DNA of 62,991 bases, counting the filler, from Octopus bimaculoides (taxonomy: Eukaryota): the NCBI RefSeq assembly GCF_001194135.2. It is 9 parts of 7 records of this genome, joined end to end, with 100 filler letters (N's around TTAATTAATTAA, not from the genome) between each part and the next. Parts side by side here need not be neighbours in the genome. Positions count along the whole stretch, not along the records: positions 8,143 to 20,310 come from NC_068999.1; positions 20,411 to 28,332 come from NC_068981.1; 7 more parts are not named here. One strand, given 5' to 3'. Below the pieces are notes generated by a model. That model saw only the letters and a program-made list of their open reading frames with translations. It did no database searches and was not told the DNA's origin. Of this stretch, positions 10,672 through 22,589 are shown in pieces. A program made the position numbers and the translations under genes. Within the stretch, counting starts at the first letter, position 1, and each line of letters opens with the position of its first letter.

Positions 10672-10778
10672 TTAGGCGAGATCATCCTTATGAAGTCTCA
10701 TATGATTATCTATAATCTGGAACATTTCGCTTGGAGATGGAATACGTCCATTTTCAAGTTTGGACCAAACTGGAACAT
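10672..10778 (-). CDS. SELENOT: Selenoprotein T, last coding exon
   Basis: Acceptor ttatctttctag; (G)AT completes Asp; DVPVWSKLENGRIPSPSEMFQIIDNHMRLHKDDLA* (TAA 10674-10672), like human DVPVWSKLESGHLPS. The exon continues to a donor AAG|GTAAGA at 10659. Confidence 0.95.
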
Positions 10779-11018
10779 CTAGAAAGATAAACAAAAATAA
10801 AATTAAATGTGGTGATTTAATTAAAATACCTTACTGCTGACATCACTTACTTTCAATGTCTGGATAAAAGAATAAAAATACAAAATAAAGACCAGAAAAC
10901 AATAACCTAGAAAGTAAACCTGTTTTGTAAGTCTTATTCTACAAACTTTAAATAGCAGTTCAAGAGCAGCTTCAGAAACATATCAACACAGTTTATACAC
11001 TAGGTATATAGCAAACTA

Positions 11019-13590
11019 CCATATTTGGTGGCCTATAAGATGCATGAGGGTATAGGACGTGAGGCCCAACATTCAAATGTTGATTTTTTTTACGTGTCAC
11101 CAGCATGGGTGCACTTGGCTTGACGAGTCCTCTTAAGCAGAGCACATCACCAAAGGTTTTGGTTACTAGTCATTGCCTCTGTGAGGTTCAAAGTTCGAAG
11201 GCTATACTTCTGTAAAATAAATTACCACTAAAATAATGTTTTAATTCTTCCACTTACCAGTATAACTTTATGTTATTACCGGTCATTATAAGCAATTTAT
11301 TGCATCCACATTCAATATAAATATACCATAGGTGATTGTTCACCAATAGATGGCAGCATATGTTTTGTAAACATACATATCGTAGGTGATTGGCAACACC
11401 CTGCCATCCACAAACCCTCCCCTTCTCCCTCTGATGTTACTATGTTCTTTTAGAAATGCTGGTTTTTTCCTTAATCTTTATGTTAATTATTTAGTGTTAG
11501 TTACAAGAACTTTTACTAATGTTAATAATAATAAATGATACCATAGTTCATGGTATATTCCCCCCCAAAATATGGTAAACATAAGTTGTTATTTGTCTTG
11601 CAATTTAACAAATCCAAGTTATACCATAAGACAATTTGTTTTAAAATATATGATAACAAAAAAACTATTACATGGGAAAATGTTTAATGTTCCATAAAAT
11701 CTCTTATCTCCAAAGTTAGGGAAAAAATAACAAAAAAACAAGCTATGATTAGTAATGTACGGTATGTATGAACAACAATTGGGGGGGGGGGGGAAACTAG
11801 AACACAAGCCTATAAAAAAATTATAAATAGCAAGTCATCATTATACCATAATTGAACATAAAACAATAGAGAGAAAAAAAAAAGAAAAAAAAACTAGGTC
11901 ATCAAAATTTTATTCATCTTCAAAACCAGAAAATTTATCATCTTCACTACTACTATCATCATCTTCAAATAATGCGTCATCTGTTCCACCAAGGGTCATT
12001 GCTAATGCCGCACTTTCTAAAAGATTTCACAACAATTTCTGGTCTGATGTCATCTCAAGCTTGCTTCACCCATTCACAGACTTGTGCAATGCTGGGTCTT
12101 TTCATCCTTCCTGTGGGTGTGACATTGTGGTCTGGCATTGTCATCCATGTGTTCCATTGCTCCTTCATGTTCTGCTTGAATGGCCTATTTAAAGAGACAT
12201 CTAGAAGTTGTAATTGACTTGTTAGCCCACCAGGAATAACCGCTATCTCTGTCTTCAATTCTGCCACTTCTTTTTTTAATGGCTTCAGTCCTATGCACTC
12301 AAAACTGATCCCAAACCAGAAGAGAGGGTTTTCGCAATAGTTCACCAGGACGTCTTGCCCATACATCTTGTAGCTATAAATGCATTCTGGCTTCATCCAT
12401 CCAGCCTTTGAGATGAATGTAAACATGCACACCTTTTGATATTTTTTCTTTAGGGATAGTTTTTTTGCTTAAAATTCAGAGAAAGAGGCAGTTTTGTGCC
12501 ATCAGTGCAACACGAGAGAACAACCATATAATGGATCTTCTCTTGGCCTGTAGTTTTTACTGAAATTGTCTTGGATCCCTTGATACCCACAGTTCTATTT
12601 GATGGAACATCAAACGTTAGTGGGATTGAGATTTTTTTCGAACAGCTATAACAAATTTATGAAACTTTACTATTTTATCATCATAGTCACCTGGCATTCT
12701 CTGTGCAATTGATGTTTTTGTAAGCATTCACAAACCTTCCCGTTTCATAAATCGATAACACCATCCTTCTGTTCCAATAAAGTTCTGAATCCCCTTTTCA
12801 TTCGCTAACCATTTGTCTTGTTCCTTATCATTTTCGTATAAACGACTGTGCCTGAAATTCTCACATCTACTACCCACATCTTTATTTCCTTCTCAATTTC
12901 AGGCCAGTATGAAGCTAACGAAGGTTATAGTTTCCTTTCTTTGCTGGGAGTAGTTTATTTTCTTACAGCTGCCAGAAAGTACCATTTTTTTCAGTAGGAG
13001 GAGGGCCAAAATACCATGTTGCTGCTACTGTTTCCATGCTCTTTAGCATAGTCTATTACTTGAAGCTTGTACCGAATAGTGTAGCTTAATCTCTTTCCTC
13101 CTGTGGCCATATTCATATAAGTAAAATCCAGAAAATAAAAAAATCTCTGATCCGTAACGACCTGTGTCTCATGAACAACTGAATGAAGATTTTGTGTTAT
13201 CCTTCATATAGCGAACGTCAGCAGCGTTGCCAGGTAGCTTCAGCGTTATCAAGTGACGATTCAACACATTTTGTAAACAGAATACATTTTGTAAATAAAC
13301 ATGTAAAACGTTTAAGATATCGGGTAATAAAATATCAAAAATAACAACATATATAATAATTAAAATATTAGCAATAGTAACCGTGATGATGATAAATAAT
13401 AATAATCTAATGTGTTTTTGAAAAAATAGACTATTACAATATCATAAAGAGTTTAAGCTAGGCTACATCTACATGACCTCTGATGTATAATTTTGGCTAA
13501 CAGTCACAAGTTTTGAGCCTATATTGAGTGCATTGGACACAAGGGGATTTTTGGGGTAAAAAAAGGTGTCTTATAGGCCATAAAATACAG
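11019..13590 (-). mobile_element. pogo-family (POGK-like) DNA transposon, full-length but degraded, in a SELENOT intron
   Basis: TIRs CCATATTTGGTGGCCTATAAGATGCA and (reverse complement) CTGTATTTTATGGCCTATAAGACACC, with TA on both flanks. Transposase from ATG 13110: YKLQVIDYAKEHGN..WPEIEKEIKMWV..AVIPGGLTSQLQLLDVSLNRPFK..TPTGRMKRPSIAQVCEWVK..KSFRKCGISN. Confidence 0.9.
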
Positions 13591-13747
13591 TAAATATACA
13601 AATTCGCCAACACTGTGACTTTGGAGTACAGGTAAGTTCACCACCATCAATTCACTGCAGGGAGAATCATTCACAGTGAAGAAAGTTTACCAAGAAAATA
13701 TACCCATAGTATCTCAATATTAATAGTTGAAGACTATTTTATTGAAG

Positions 13748-13782
<35 letters not shown>
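13748..13782. repeat. Poly(A)35 tract
   Basis: Direct inspection. Confidence 0.9.
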
Positions 13783-13783
<1 letters not shown>

Positions 13784-14831
13784 CCAGTAAAATTGATGAC
13801 AGTAAACTTATCGAACATGGTGACTTTGAGCTACTGAGAGATTCATGTTGTGATACCAGAAAAGATTATAAATACCAATAAATCCCACCCAAGTCTCTTC
13901 AAAATGGCAGGTTATATCAAAAAACATATTCACAGGCACAGGCATGGCAGTGTTGCTAAGTTTACTTTGCAGTCACATGGTTTACAGCAGAGTACTTTGA
14001 GCAAATGTCTTCTATTATAGCCCCAGGTTAACTAATACCTAGCACATGAATTTGCTAGACAGAAACTACACAGTAACCTGTCGTGTGTGTGTGTGTGTGT
14101 GTATGCGTCCACCACAGTATGACATGGCGTTGGTTTGTTTACATTCCTCATAACTGAGTAGATCAGCAAGAAACTGATAAGAATAAGTAGCAAACCTAAA
14201 AATAAATATTGGGGTCAATTTGTTCAATGTGGAGCCCCAGTATGGCCACAATCCCGCGACTGAAACAAATAAAAACGTATAGATACACTTTGCTTGATAA
14301 GAAAAAGAAATAGCAATTGTATGAGCCAAAGAGGATGCCTCTATGCAATGACTCAACATGTTAGAAATAGTTGTCGAATTTCCTTCAAATTGTATCCTAC
14401 CATCTTTAAAAAGACACAGGGGGAAATGTATTCTTAGATAAGAAATGCTTTATATAAAAGCAAGTCATAGCTGGAATGCATGCCTTAGATTTTAGGTCTA
14501 ATGAATCAGGCTGGCCCAGCGATAACAAGTAACTCTAAAGTAAGAGTAGAATATTTTTTTGTTCAGACAGGCAAATTATAACAGAGTTATCTACCCTTAC
14601 ATCGATAAAATATCTGCAACATTTTGATTGTCAGAATTAAAATTGTTAGAAAAAATGCTTTCCAATATTTTTTCCATTTCTCTATCGAGGTCAACTCTGC
14701 CTTTCATGTGTTTGGAGTCGATAAAATAAGTGTCAATCAAGTACTAGTATGGATGCTATCGACTAATTCCTTCCCCTCAAAACTAATGACTTTGTGTCTC
14801 AATCCAAAACCATTAATCTTTTATGCCTTAA

Positions 14832-15131
14832 TCCCTTTTAGTATTCAGATTACCCTGTCAAATGTAATGCTTATTTATTCACATTGGAATTTATCATGCA
14901 TTAACTTGTAGCTACGTGATTTTAATATCATCATCATAATTTAACGTCTATGTTTCATGTTGGCATGAATGCAATTGTTTATTTTCAGAATGATATTGTA
15001 GGCTACATGTGAGACTAGATTTGGCCAGTTTGAACATGGAACAGGTAGAACATTGTGCCGGATCTGGCCAGTTTGAACATAAAACAAGAGGAATGTTTGG
15101 GCTGGATAAAGCTGGTTTAAATGCTAAAGGG
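14832..15131. mobile_element. piggyBac-type MITE (TTAA-flanked) with an RTE tail inserted inside
   Basis: TTAA-tCCCTTTTAGTATT at the left and AATGCTAAAGGG-TTAA at the right. Confidence 0.65.
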
Positions 15132-15744
15132 TTAAGTTAAAAGAGACTGGTAGGAGAAAAGATTTTGATAGCTAAAGACTGAAGACTTGGTATGAATGTT
15201 TGTAACAGGGTAGAATCTATTAAAGGCAGCTAAGAGCCAACCAACAGGCGGTGTTAAACTGATACATTAAGTCTATCACACTGGAACAAGTAGAGTTCAT
15301 CTGAAGATTTCTACACAATTTCTGACAAATTATTTTCACTCACCAGATTTGTGTTAACATGAAGTTGTGGTAGACAACTCTTGACCAAGATGCTACACAT
15401 GTGACTACTTTTCTAAATAGATTTGATATTTACCCTATAAATGTGAGGGGTAAGTAGTCTAATAAAAAGTCAACTGACATAAATATGGTTTACATCATTT
15501 TAACGCCTACTTTTCCATGCTCGTATGGGTTAGACAGAATTTGTGTAGGAAAATTTTCCAAGGCTGGATGCCCTTCCTATCACCAATCCTCACTCGTTTC
15601 CAAGCAAGGTTCCCTCATGGCTGGACATGCTTTTACAGAAGACTGGAAAACGATGGATATCACTTGTATAATGGTGATACTTATTTACAACTATCACATG
15701 ATGTCATAAGGAAACACTAACATGCATGCACACACCATCATTAT

Positions 15745-16100
15745 CATTATTTAGTGTCCATTTTCTATGCTGGCATTGACTAGATGGTTTGACAGGAACT
15801 TGTAAGCCAGATAGTTGTACTAGGCTCCAGTCCGGTTTGGTTTCTATGGCTGGATGCCCTGCCTAATTCCGATCACTTCACAGAGTGTACCAGGTGCCTT
15901 TTATGTATCACCAGCAATGGCCACAACTATGATGTCACTTAGCATTACATGACTTCTCAAGCACAGCAAATCATCAAAAGTCACTTGTCACTGCCTCCAG
16001 GTAACTCAACATCCAAAGATCAAATTTCACCACCTCACCCCATGTCTTCCTGAGTCTACCACTTCCACAGGTTTCCTCCACAGTAAGAGATCAGCACTTC
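15745..16100 (-). mobile_element. RTE-family 3' end, degraded
   Basis: Reverse tail block GGCTGGATGCCCTGCCTAA..CAGAGTGTACCAGGTGCC and reverse GRxRKTW (ccatgtcttcctgagtct). Confidence 0.7.
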
Positions 16101-16344
16101 TTTGGCAGGCTTTTTTCAGTTTCCTTCTACTAGGTCCACTCACAAGATTTTGGTCAAGTTCAGGGTTATAGTAGAAGACACTTGTCCAAGGTACCACACA
16201 GTGGGACTGAATATGAAATCACATAGTTAGAAAGCAAACACCTTAAATCACACAGCCACACTTGCACAATAACAAAGTACAAAGTACACAAGTTCAATTT
16301 CACCCGAGAGAGAGAGAGAGAGAGAGAAACATGCAGAGGCTTAC

Positions 16345-16432
16345 CATTGAATGTTACTTCAAAAGCTCCGGTAGAAATCATATGCCCTTCAAGAGCATTA
16401 CTTAGAAAGAAGACCATCATACAAGAATAAAT
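16345..16432 (-). CDS. SELENOT: Selenoprotein T, internal coding exon
   Basis: Acceptor ttttatcaatttcag, donor G|GTAAGC; 88 nt; IYSCMMVFFLSNALEGHMISTGAFEVTFN, like human VYACMMVFFLSNMIENQCMSTGAFEITLN. Splice phases fit both neighbouring exons. Confidence 0.96.
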
Positions 16433-16555
16433 CTGAAATTGATAAAAACACAAATCACAATGAATTGAATCATCACCAAAAACAAAATACTTCAACAAAA
16501 AGAATTTTGAAGATTTTCACCCATTGATCATCTCTATTTGAAGCAGAAGATGGTG

Positions 16556-16775
16556 AGAGTTAACTCTTTTGTTATCATATTTCTATTAAAATACGCTGCC
16601 TTTATTTCAATTAATTTGGAAACTAATTTAGAATTTAGTAAAATAATTTTGTGATTATTCAGCTGGTATTTGGAACATAAATTAACTTGAAATTTTGATA
16701 GTAGGCTTAAATTCAGATCATTTTAAAACAGGAAGCTAATATCATAGGACCAAGAATGGTCTCAGGCACATGACC
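16556..16775. mobile_element. TTAA-started MITE fragment (piggyBac-like); a matching right-end fragment lies at ~18205-18260
   Basis: Begins TTAACTCTTT. Shares the ATCATAG(G/A)ACCA block with 18205-18260, which ends AAAGAGTTAA. Confidence 0.5.
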
Positions 16776-17386
16776 AGCCACCTCTAATGAGAGAGATAAT
16801 TAAAGGAACAGAAATAAGACAGTACACCTGGGGGCCAGAGGCCAGAACATGGTGTTTTCGTAAGTGATTTTTCTGCTTGTTCACACCTGGGACTAGATAC
16901 CATAACCAACACCATGGGATAAGCAGCTTCTATACGGCTGCTCAATATGCTAGAAATAGGAGTCAAATCTTCAAATCATGCTATTGTCTTCAAAAAGGAG
17001 CAATGAGTGACATAGTCCTGGATTTCTTGTATAGCAATAAGAAGGGATGGCCACTGTTGGAATGTTCTAGATCCATTTGATCGGAGCTGGCCTGGGGGTT
17101 AAATACCAACACCAACACCATGGAGATATAACCAATGAGGGAATGTCTACACGATAGCTTGATTTGCTAGAAATAACAACCAAATCTCCTTTGAATCAGA
17201 ACATAAAGGGCACAAGGGATTTTTAGTATTCCTTACATTGCTTGAAAATTCGTTGGAATGGTCATGCCTGGAACACTGATTACAGATCTATTTGTTCAGG
17301 ACTAATCCAGAGCAAAACAAAACACTACACTACGAGAACATCACCACCACCACCACCACCACCACCAAGAAAAAAAAATTACTTAC

Positions 17387-17624
17387 CTTATTTGAAGTGG
17401 CCCAAGTGAAAACACTAGGAGTTTGCATATTGAGATAATGGAAAGGATTAAACTCTGATAAAATGATACCTATTAAGGACAACTTGAATATACTGAGAAA
17501 CTGTGCTATAACTGCCTTGATAGTTGGAGGTGGAAAGTTCTCGCCTTCAACTTGGAGATTAGGAAATCTTTGATGAATTGCTTGTGCATATTGCTCAAAC
17601 ACTTTTCGGTAACCTCAGGAATAA
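17387..17624 (-). CDS. SELENOT: Selenoprotein T, Sec-containing exon (TGA at 17617-17615)
   Basis: Acceptor ctcttctttctttcag; T TAT TCC TGA GGT TAC CGA = (C)YSUGYRKVFEQYAQAIHQRFPNLQVEGENFPPPTIKAVIAQFLSIFKLSLIGIILSEFNPFHYLNMQTPSVFTWATSNK; donor AAG|GTAAGT. Compare human CVSUGYRRVFEEY..IEGENY. Confidence 0.97.
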
Positions 17625-18597
17625 CTGAAAGAAAGAAGAGAAATAGGAATTTATAAAATGTTAACCACAGAGAATTTCATAACATATAATAACTAAATAC
17701 AAGGTAATTACCAAATTACCACAGTCTGAGTATGTGGCACTGCAAGCTGATTTTGGTGTATTTACACCGTTTGTCTGCACCAAGAAATTTTCTCCATAAC
17801 AAAACACAGTGAATGGCTTTCTTACTGGTTTGAATATCACCCCCAAGCATATTTAAACAGGTAATAACTTTGTACTTATATGCATCACTGCACATGACTG
17901 CTCAATAAAAATATAAGTACAAAATACAGACAACAAATGTAAACTTACATAGAAAAACACTGAGTGTGTGTGTGTGTGCGTGCACACACAGATTAAAGCT
18001 CTCAACACTTAGCCTAAAGTCATCACTATTACATATTCCCCCTATCAGGCAAGGGAGTATTTCGGTCTTGTGACTTACAAGGTAATCACAATAATGCTGG
18101 CACCATGAAAAAAAAGCACTCAGTACAGTCTTAAAGCGGTTGAAGTTAGGAAGAACATGGAGCTGCAGAAGCCATGTCGAAAGTAAGACACTGGAGCAAG
18201 ACCAAGTTTGTATCATAGAACCAGGGGTGATTTCAGACAGTTTAGTGTCGAAAGAGTTAAAAGAAAAATAAACGCAATTTCACAATGCTATAACCTACAA
18301 ATCTAAATGACACCATCAAAACTAGATATGCCTTTTTTCTTTACCAGGGATCCTAGGTGTGCTAAGTAAAAGGGTTGGCATCAGGAAGGGCAACTGGCCA
18401 TAAAATAATGCTTCAAAAGGTTTTGTGCAGCTTATGGCAGGTATGGAAATGTAGACAATGTAAAGAAATATGTAACAATTATTTTTAAGTTAAAAGAACA
18501 GATTCAACTGAACATTGAAACAAATCCAAGAAATTAGTGTGGATTCAATTTCTGAAATGGATTTAAGAATTTCCTAATTTTACAGTTTTTTAGCATT

Positions 18598-18977
18598 TAT
18601 CTTTTGTTTCATTCAGTGGACTGCAGCCATGCTAGGCCCAGCCTTGAAGGATTTAGTCAAGCAAATCAACCCCAGGACTAATTTTTTAAAGCTTGGTACT
18701 TATTCTATCTGTCCTGGAATCACTAAGTTATGGGGACATAAATCAACACCATTGTCAAATGGTGGTGAGGGACAAACACAGAGATATATTTACACAAACA
18801 CCCACACACATACAAACAGGCTTCTTTCAGTTTCCATTTACCAAATCCACCCACAAGGCTTTGGTTGGCCTGGAGCTATAGTAGAAGACACTTGCCCAAG
18901 GTATCACACAGTGGGACTGAACCCAAAACGATGTAGTTGGAAAGCAAACTTCTTACCACACAGCTACACTTGTGCCT
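18598..18977 (-). mobile_element. tRNA-derived SINE (CORE-like family), complete but CpG-decayed
   Basis: Reverse complement of the family at 40172-40590. Confidence 0.8.
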
Positions 18978-19059
18978 ATGTGGACTTTTGTTTTGGAACA
19001 ACCACTGTATTTTAAACATATGCTAGCATAATTTGTTGCATAGAGAAACATAGATTCTG

Positions 19060-20030
19060 TTCAAAGTAAGAAAGAAATACCCATACATGATGGTGCTTTA
19101 GACCAAAATACCTTTATAATTGCTTTTTTTCTATCATTATCAACAGAACAAATTAGGGATTCTTGATTCTCCTCATTAACAACACTTGATGGTAAACTCC
19201 TGATTTGAAAAATTTTGGGTGAATTCAAAATCTTTGTCACAATCTGATCATCACTATTTTTACGCTTGAGACTATGTAATGGATTTTCAATGGATATTTT
19301 TCTGGTGCTCAAAAAGAAGTCAGCATTTTCATCACGCTCTCAAAAGAGGGTCAGGTTTGAAAGCTTATGCAGTAGCAGATGCAGCAAGTGCACCATAAAT
19401 TACAAACTGGCACCAAATGTCAGAGATACAACGATGGTTTCAACTATTTATTTCTATTGTGGCATCTGAAATTTTGCTTTATTAGTTGTATGGGAGATAT
19501 ACTGTTGAATGATAGAAGGTACAAAAATATTTCTACAGTTTAAAACTAACTCAGATCCATGGGGACAGGCTCTAAAGTTATCAAATAGGTTTTTTTATTT
19601 TCTTGAAGTCAAATTGCAAATCCCAATTCTCAAGTAAACCAATTTTTAAAAAGTTCTTTATCCAAACACACATTCTTTTGGGCTTAGTAAAAGATCAGCA
19701 AATGCATTATTCATTTCAAGGCTGTATGACAATGAAACTTAACAATCACTACATGTTTTATCTTGTGTTGGGCAGATGCATTTGACAAGTAAGAACTGTC
19801 AGCCATTTATTTTGCTTGAATTCTCTGGCAGGTGCTTCATTACAAACTGCCAATGTTTTCACTAGTAAACATTTTTAGTAAAGGCCAGTTTCACTGGCAT
19901 TGTATATTCAATCAGCTCTAAGATTATGTTCCTAAACAAGTTAATCAGATATTGGACTGAATGCTTTTAGTCACTGTTTTCACCAGTAATGTCCAGTTTT
20001 CACATTTTGGTTGATGTAAACTATTCCTAT
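19060..20030 (-). mobile_element. Tigger/pogo transposase remnant, heavily degraded
   Basis: Motifs pieced across frameshifts: YNASETGL (=YNADETGL), KTLA..E, LTVLTC..NAS..HKIK, AQKNVCLDKELFKNWF, LFDN. Confidence 0.65.
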
Positions 20031-20057
20031 CTGCTATTTTATAATTAGGCCAGAACA

Positions 20058-20310
20058 TCATCATCATCATCATCATCATCGTTTAACGTCCGCTTTCCAT
20101 GCTAGCATGGGTTGGACGATTTGACTGAGGACTGGTGAAACCGGATGGCAACACCAGGCTCCAGTCTGATTTGGCAGAGTTTCTACAGCTGGATGCCCTT
20201 CCTAACGCCAACCACTCAGAGAGTGTAGTGGGTGCTTTTACGTGTCACCCGCACGAAAACGGCCACGCTCGAAATGGTGTCTTTTATGTGCCACCCGCAC
20301 AAGCCAGTCC
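20058..20310 (-). mobile_element. Young RTE-tailed repeat (CpGs intact), cut by gap
   Basis: (CAT)n tail then GTTTAACGTCCGCTTTCCATGCTAGC..GGATGCCCTTCCTAACGCCAACCACTC. Closely similar to 35874-36150. Confidence 0.8.
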
Positions 20311-20419
20311 NNNNNNNNNNNNNNNNNNNNNNNNNNNNNNNNNNNNNNNNNNNNTTAATTAATTAANNNNNNNNNNNNNNNNNNNNNNNNNNNNNNNNNN
20401 NNNNNNNNNNTATATATAT

Positions 20420-20565
20420 AATTGGTTGTCCGGAAAGTTCGTGCCGACTTTTAAAGGAAAGAAAGAGGTCAATAAATACTTGCCCTTACATTTTTAATGA
20501 ACCTAATATAAACCATTTTGCTGCACAATGCGTCTCCATCCTTCTTTTAACTTGAAAATACCCTC
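20420..20565 (-). mobile_element. mariner right-end fragment
   Basis: TTGGTTGTCCGGAAAGTTCGTGCCGA mariner-type TIR after TA. The reverse strand encodes RWRRIVQQNGLY, a transposase C-terminus. Confidence 0.65.
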
Positions 20566-20884
20566 TTTATTTCTATCTATATCAACTACAAAATCTAAGA
20601 CTAGAAGACTGTGTGTATTCTGAATAAAGGGCAAGAGTGGGTTGACAGATCATGGCTAGGTTTGGTCATATATATTGTCATATGTATCACTTTCCCTCAG
20701 GGAGGAAAGAAGACATTAGGAGCAGTCAATTGGATACTGGATATGAGGTAACTGTCTATAAATAGAGGGTGGGTAGGGGAAGATTTTAACTCATGATGTT
20801 AATGACTAGTTAAAGGAGCATGATGCTAAGAATACTTAAATGCTAATACAGAGGAAATTTTATTTTGGGTCACTATGGGTGATT

Positions 20885-20938
<54 letters not shown>

Positions 20939-21029
20939 CGTCGACCACTAACGTGGACAGTTAGATGCGCTGGCCTCCTGATAATTATTCGATATTAATT
21001 AATATATGACTAATTACCAGATTTTATAA

Positions 21030-21035
21030 TAATAT

Positions 21036-21069
<34 letters not shown>

Positions 21070-21176
21070 TAGAGAGAGAGAGACAGACAGACTGTCAGAC
21101 AGACAGACAGACAGTCAGACATACAGACAGACAGTCAGACATACAGACAGACGGACAGACAGACAGACATACAGAC

Positions 21177-21250
<74 letters not shown>

Positions 21251-21252
21251 TT
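21030..21252. repeat. Compound microsatellite (TA)n-(GA)n-(GACA)n-(GATA)n
   Basis: Direct inspection. Confidence 0.95.
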
Positions 21253-21489
21253 ATGCACATACATACACATCCGATGGTCATTTGAACAGTTCATAGACCA
21301 ACCAAGACACTATCATGGAATCTGACCAGATTAGGGGTATTTCCAGCATTTCCTTCAACCCTTGTGGGCCACACGTGTTTCGCGTCGGTTTTGTAGTGCC
21401 TAGATCCCTTTGGTGAAGAAGCTCTCATCTTGTTGGTCAGTAAGGTCATGAGTAAGGTCAGTAAGGCAACACAAGGTAACACCACACCT

Positions 21490-22360
21490 CATTTCAAAAC
21501 ACTTCCGTATGTATCAACTCACAACCATCGAAACAATGAGGCAAACAACACTATTGTACAAAATCTACCTTTGCTCACTAGAAATCCAAAGATGAACAAC
21601 ATTCTGAAAACACATAAATTCATCAATTGCAAAAAGCATCACAAATCGTTGAAAAGACAAAGGGAAAGCTTTTCAAAGCAACCACAAAACCAACGGCTTA
21701 AAAAATGTGGACGCCCAAGCTGTGAAACATGCCCCAACACAGTGGAAGGTTCGGAATTCCTTTCCAAACAAGGAGAGTGGTTCACAATTAAAACTAACTT
21801 CACTTGAGTTTTAGAGAACCTAATTTATGCCATAACATGCTCACGTTGTGGACATAACTATCTATATAAGACAGACAAGTATGACCCTGAGATGGAGAAC
21901 AGGTCCGGTAAATAAGGAACAGATCCGGTTCGCGCAATACAGACAAATTCCTTTAGTGAATAGTTAGAGAGATGTGCAGGTAATATTCAACCAAACTTGA
22001 CAGTTTTCCCCATCTAATGCAAAGACACAATTTCTAAACAAGAACGTTTAAATAAAACAGACCACGTCTAAATATCAAGGCATAACCAACTTTGGTCTCG
22101 GTATATATTTTAATTCATGATCATGATTTAATTCAGTATGTACTCATCACTGTACATATTTCATCTCACTACTTTAGCTGTTGTGTTTTCGTGTATATAT
22201 ATTTATTTATTCCCTCTCCGAAAGCTAAGGAATTACGTCCTCTGTCCCTAATAATAACGATCACCAATTACCTCCCCTAGATTTTTCTATTTGTTGAATC
22301 ATTCATTCACAAATTTCTCCACACACAAGATGGACTAAAGCCTTCGTAAGAAAATACATA
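21490..22360 (+). mobile_element. Penelope-like element, thumb/GIY-YIG region and 3' UTR (degraded)
   Basis: LPYVSTHNHRN..IVQNLPLLTRNPKMNNILK..FINCKK..LKKCGRPSCETC..FTIKTNFT..NLIYAITCSRCG. The 3' UTR (CACTGTACATATTTCATCTCACTACTTTAGCT) is shared with ~5276-5308. Confidence 0.85.
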
Positions 22361-22548
22361 ATTATTGTAACTTCCTTGTCATGATTAGCGAAAGTGAAAC
22401 CGATAGACAAATACTTTATAAGATATATTTTAAAATATTTTTAAACTATGTAAAATATGTGAAATTCATCATATATATATCATATATATATATNNNNNNN
22501 NNNACAACCCACCACGTGGGGATAATCAAAATTCTTTCCTATTTTTTA

Positions 22549-22589
<41 letters not shown>

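Noticed and set aside
10672-10692. C-terminal HKDDLA as a KDEL-like ER retrieval signal
   Set aside because: The motif is not terminal (an Ala follows), and SelT is membrane-anchored; cannot be supported.
21291-21485. ORF MVLPCVALLTLL... as a possible SELENOT signal-peptide exon
   Set aside because: No suitable donor in the required phase and no SelT similarity; the hydrophobic stretch comes from a CCTTACT-type repeat next to a PLE.
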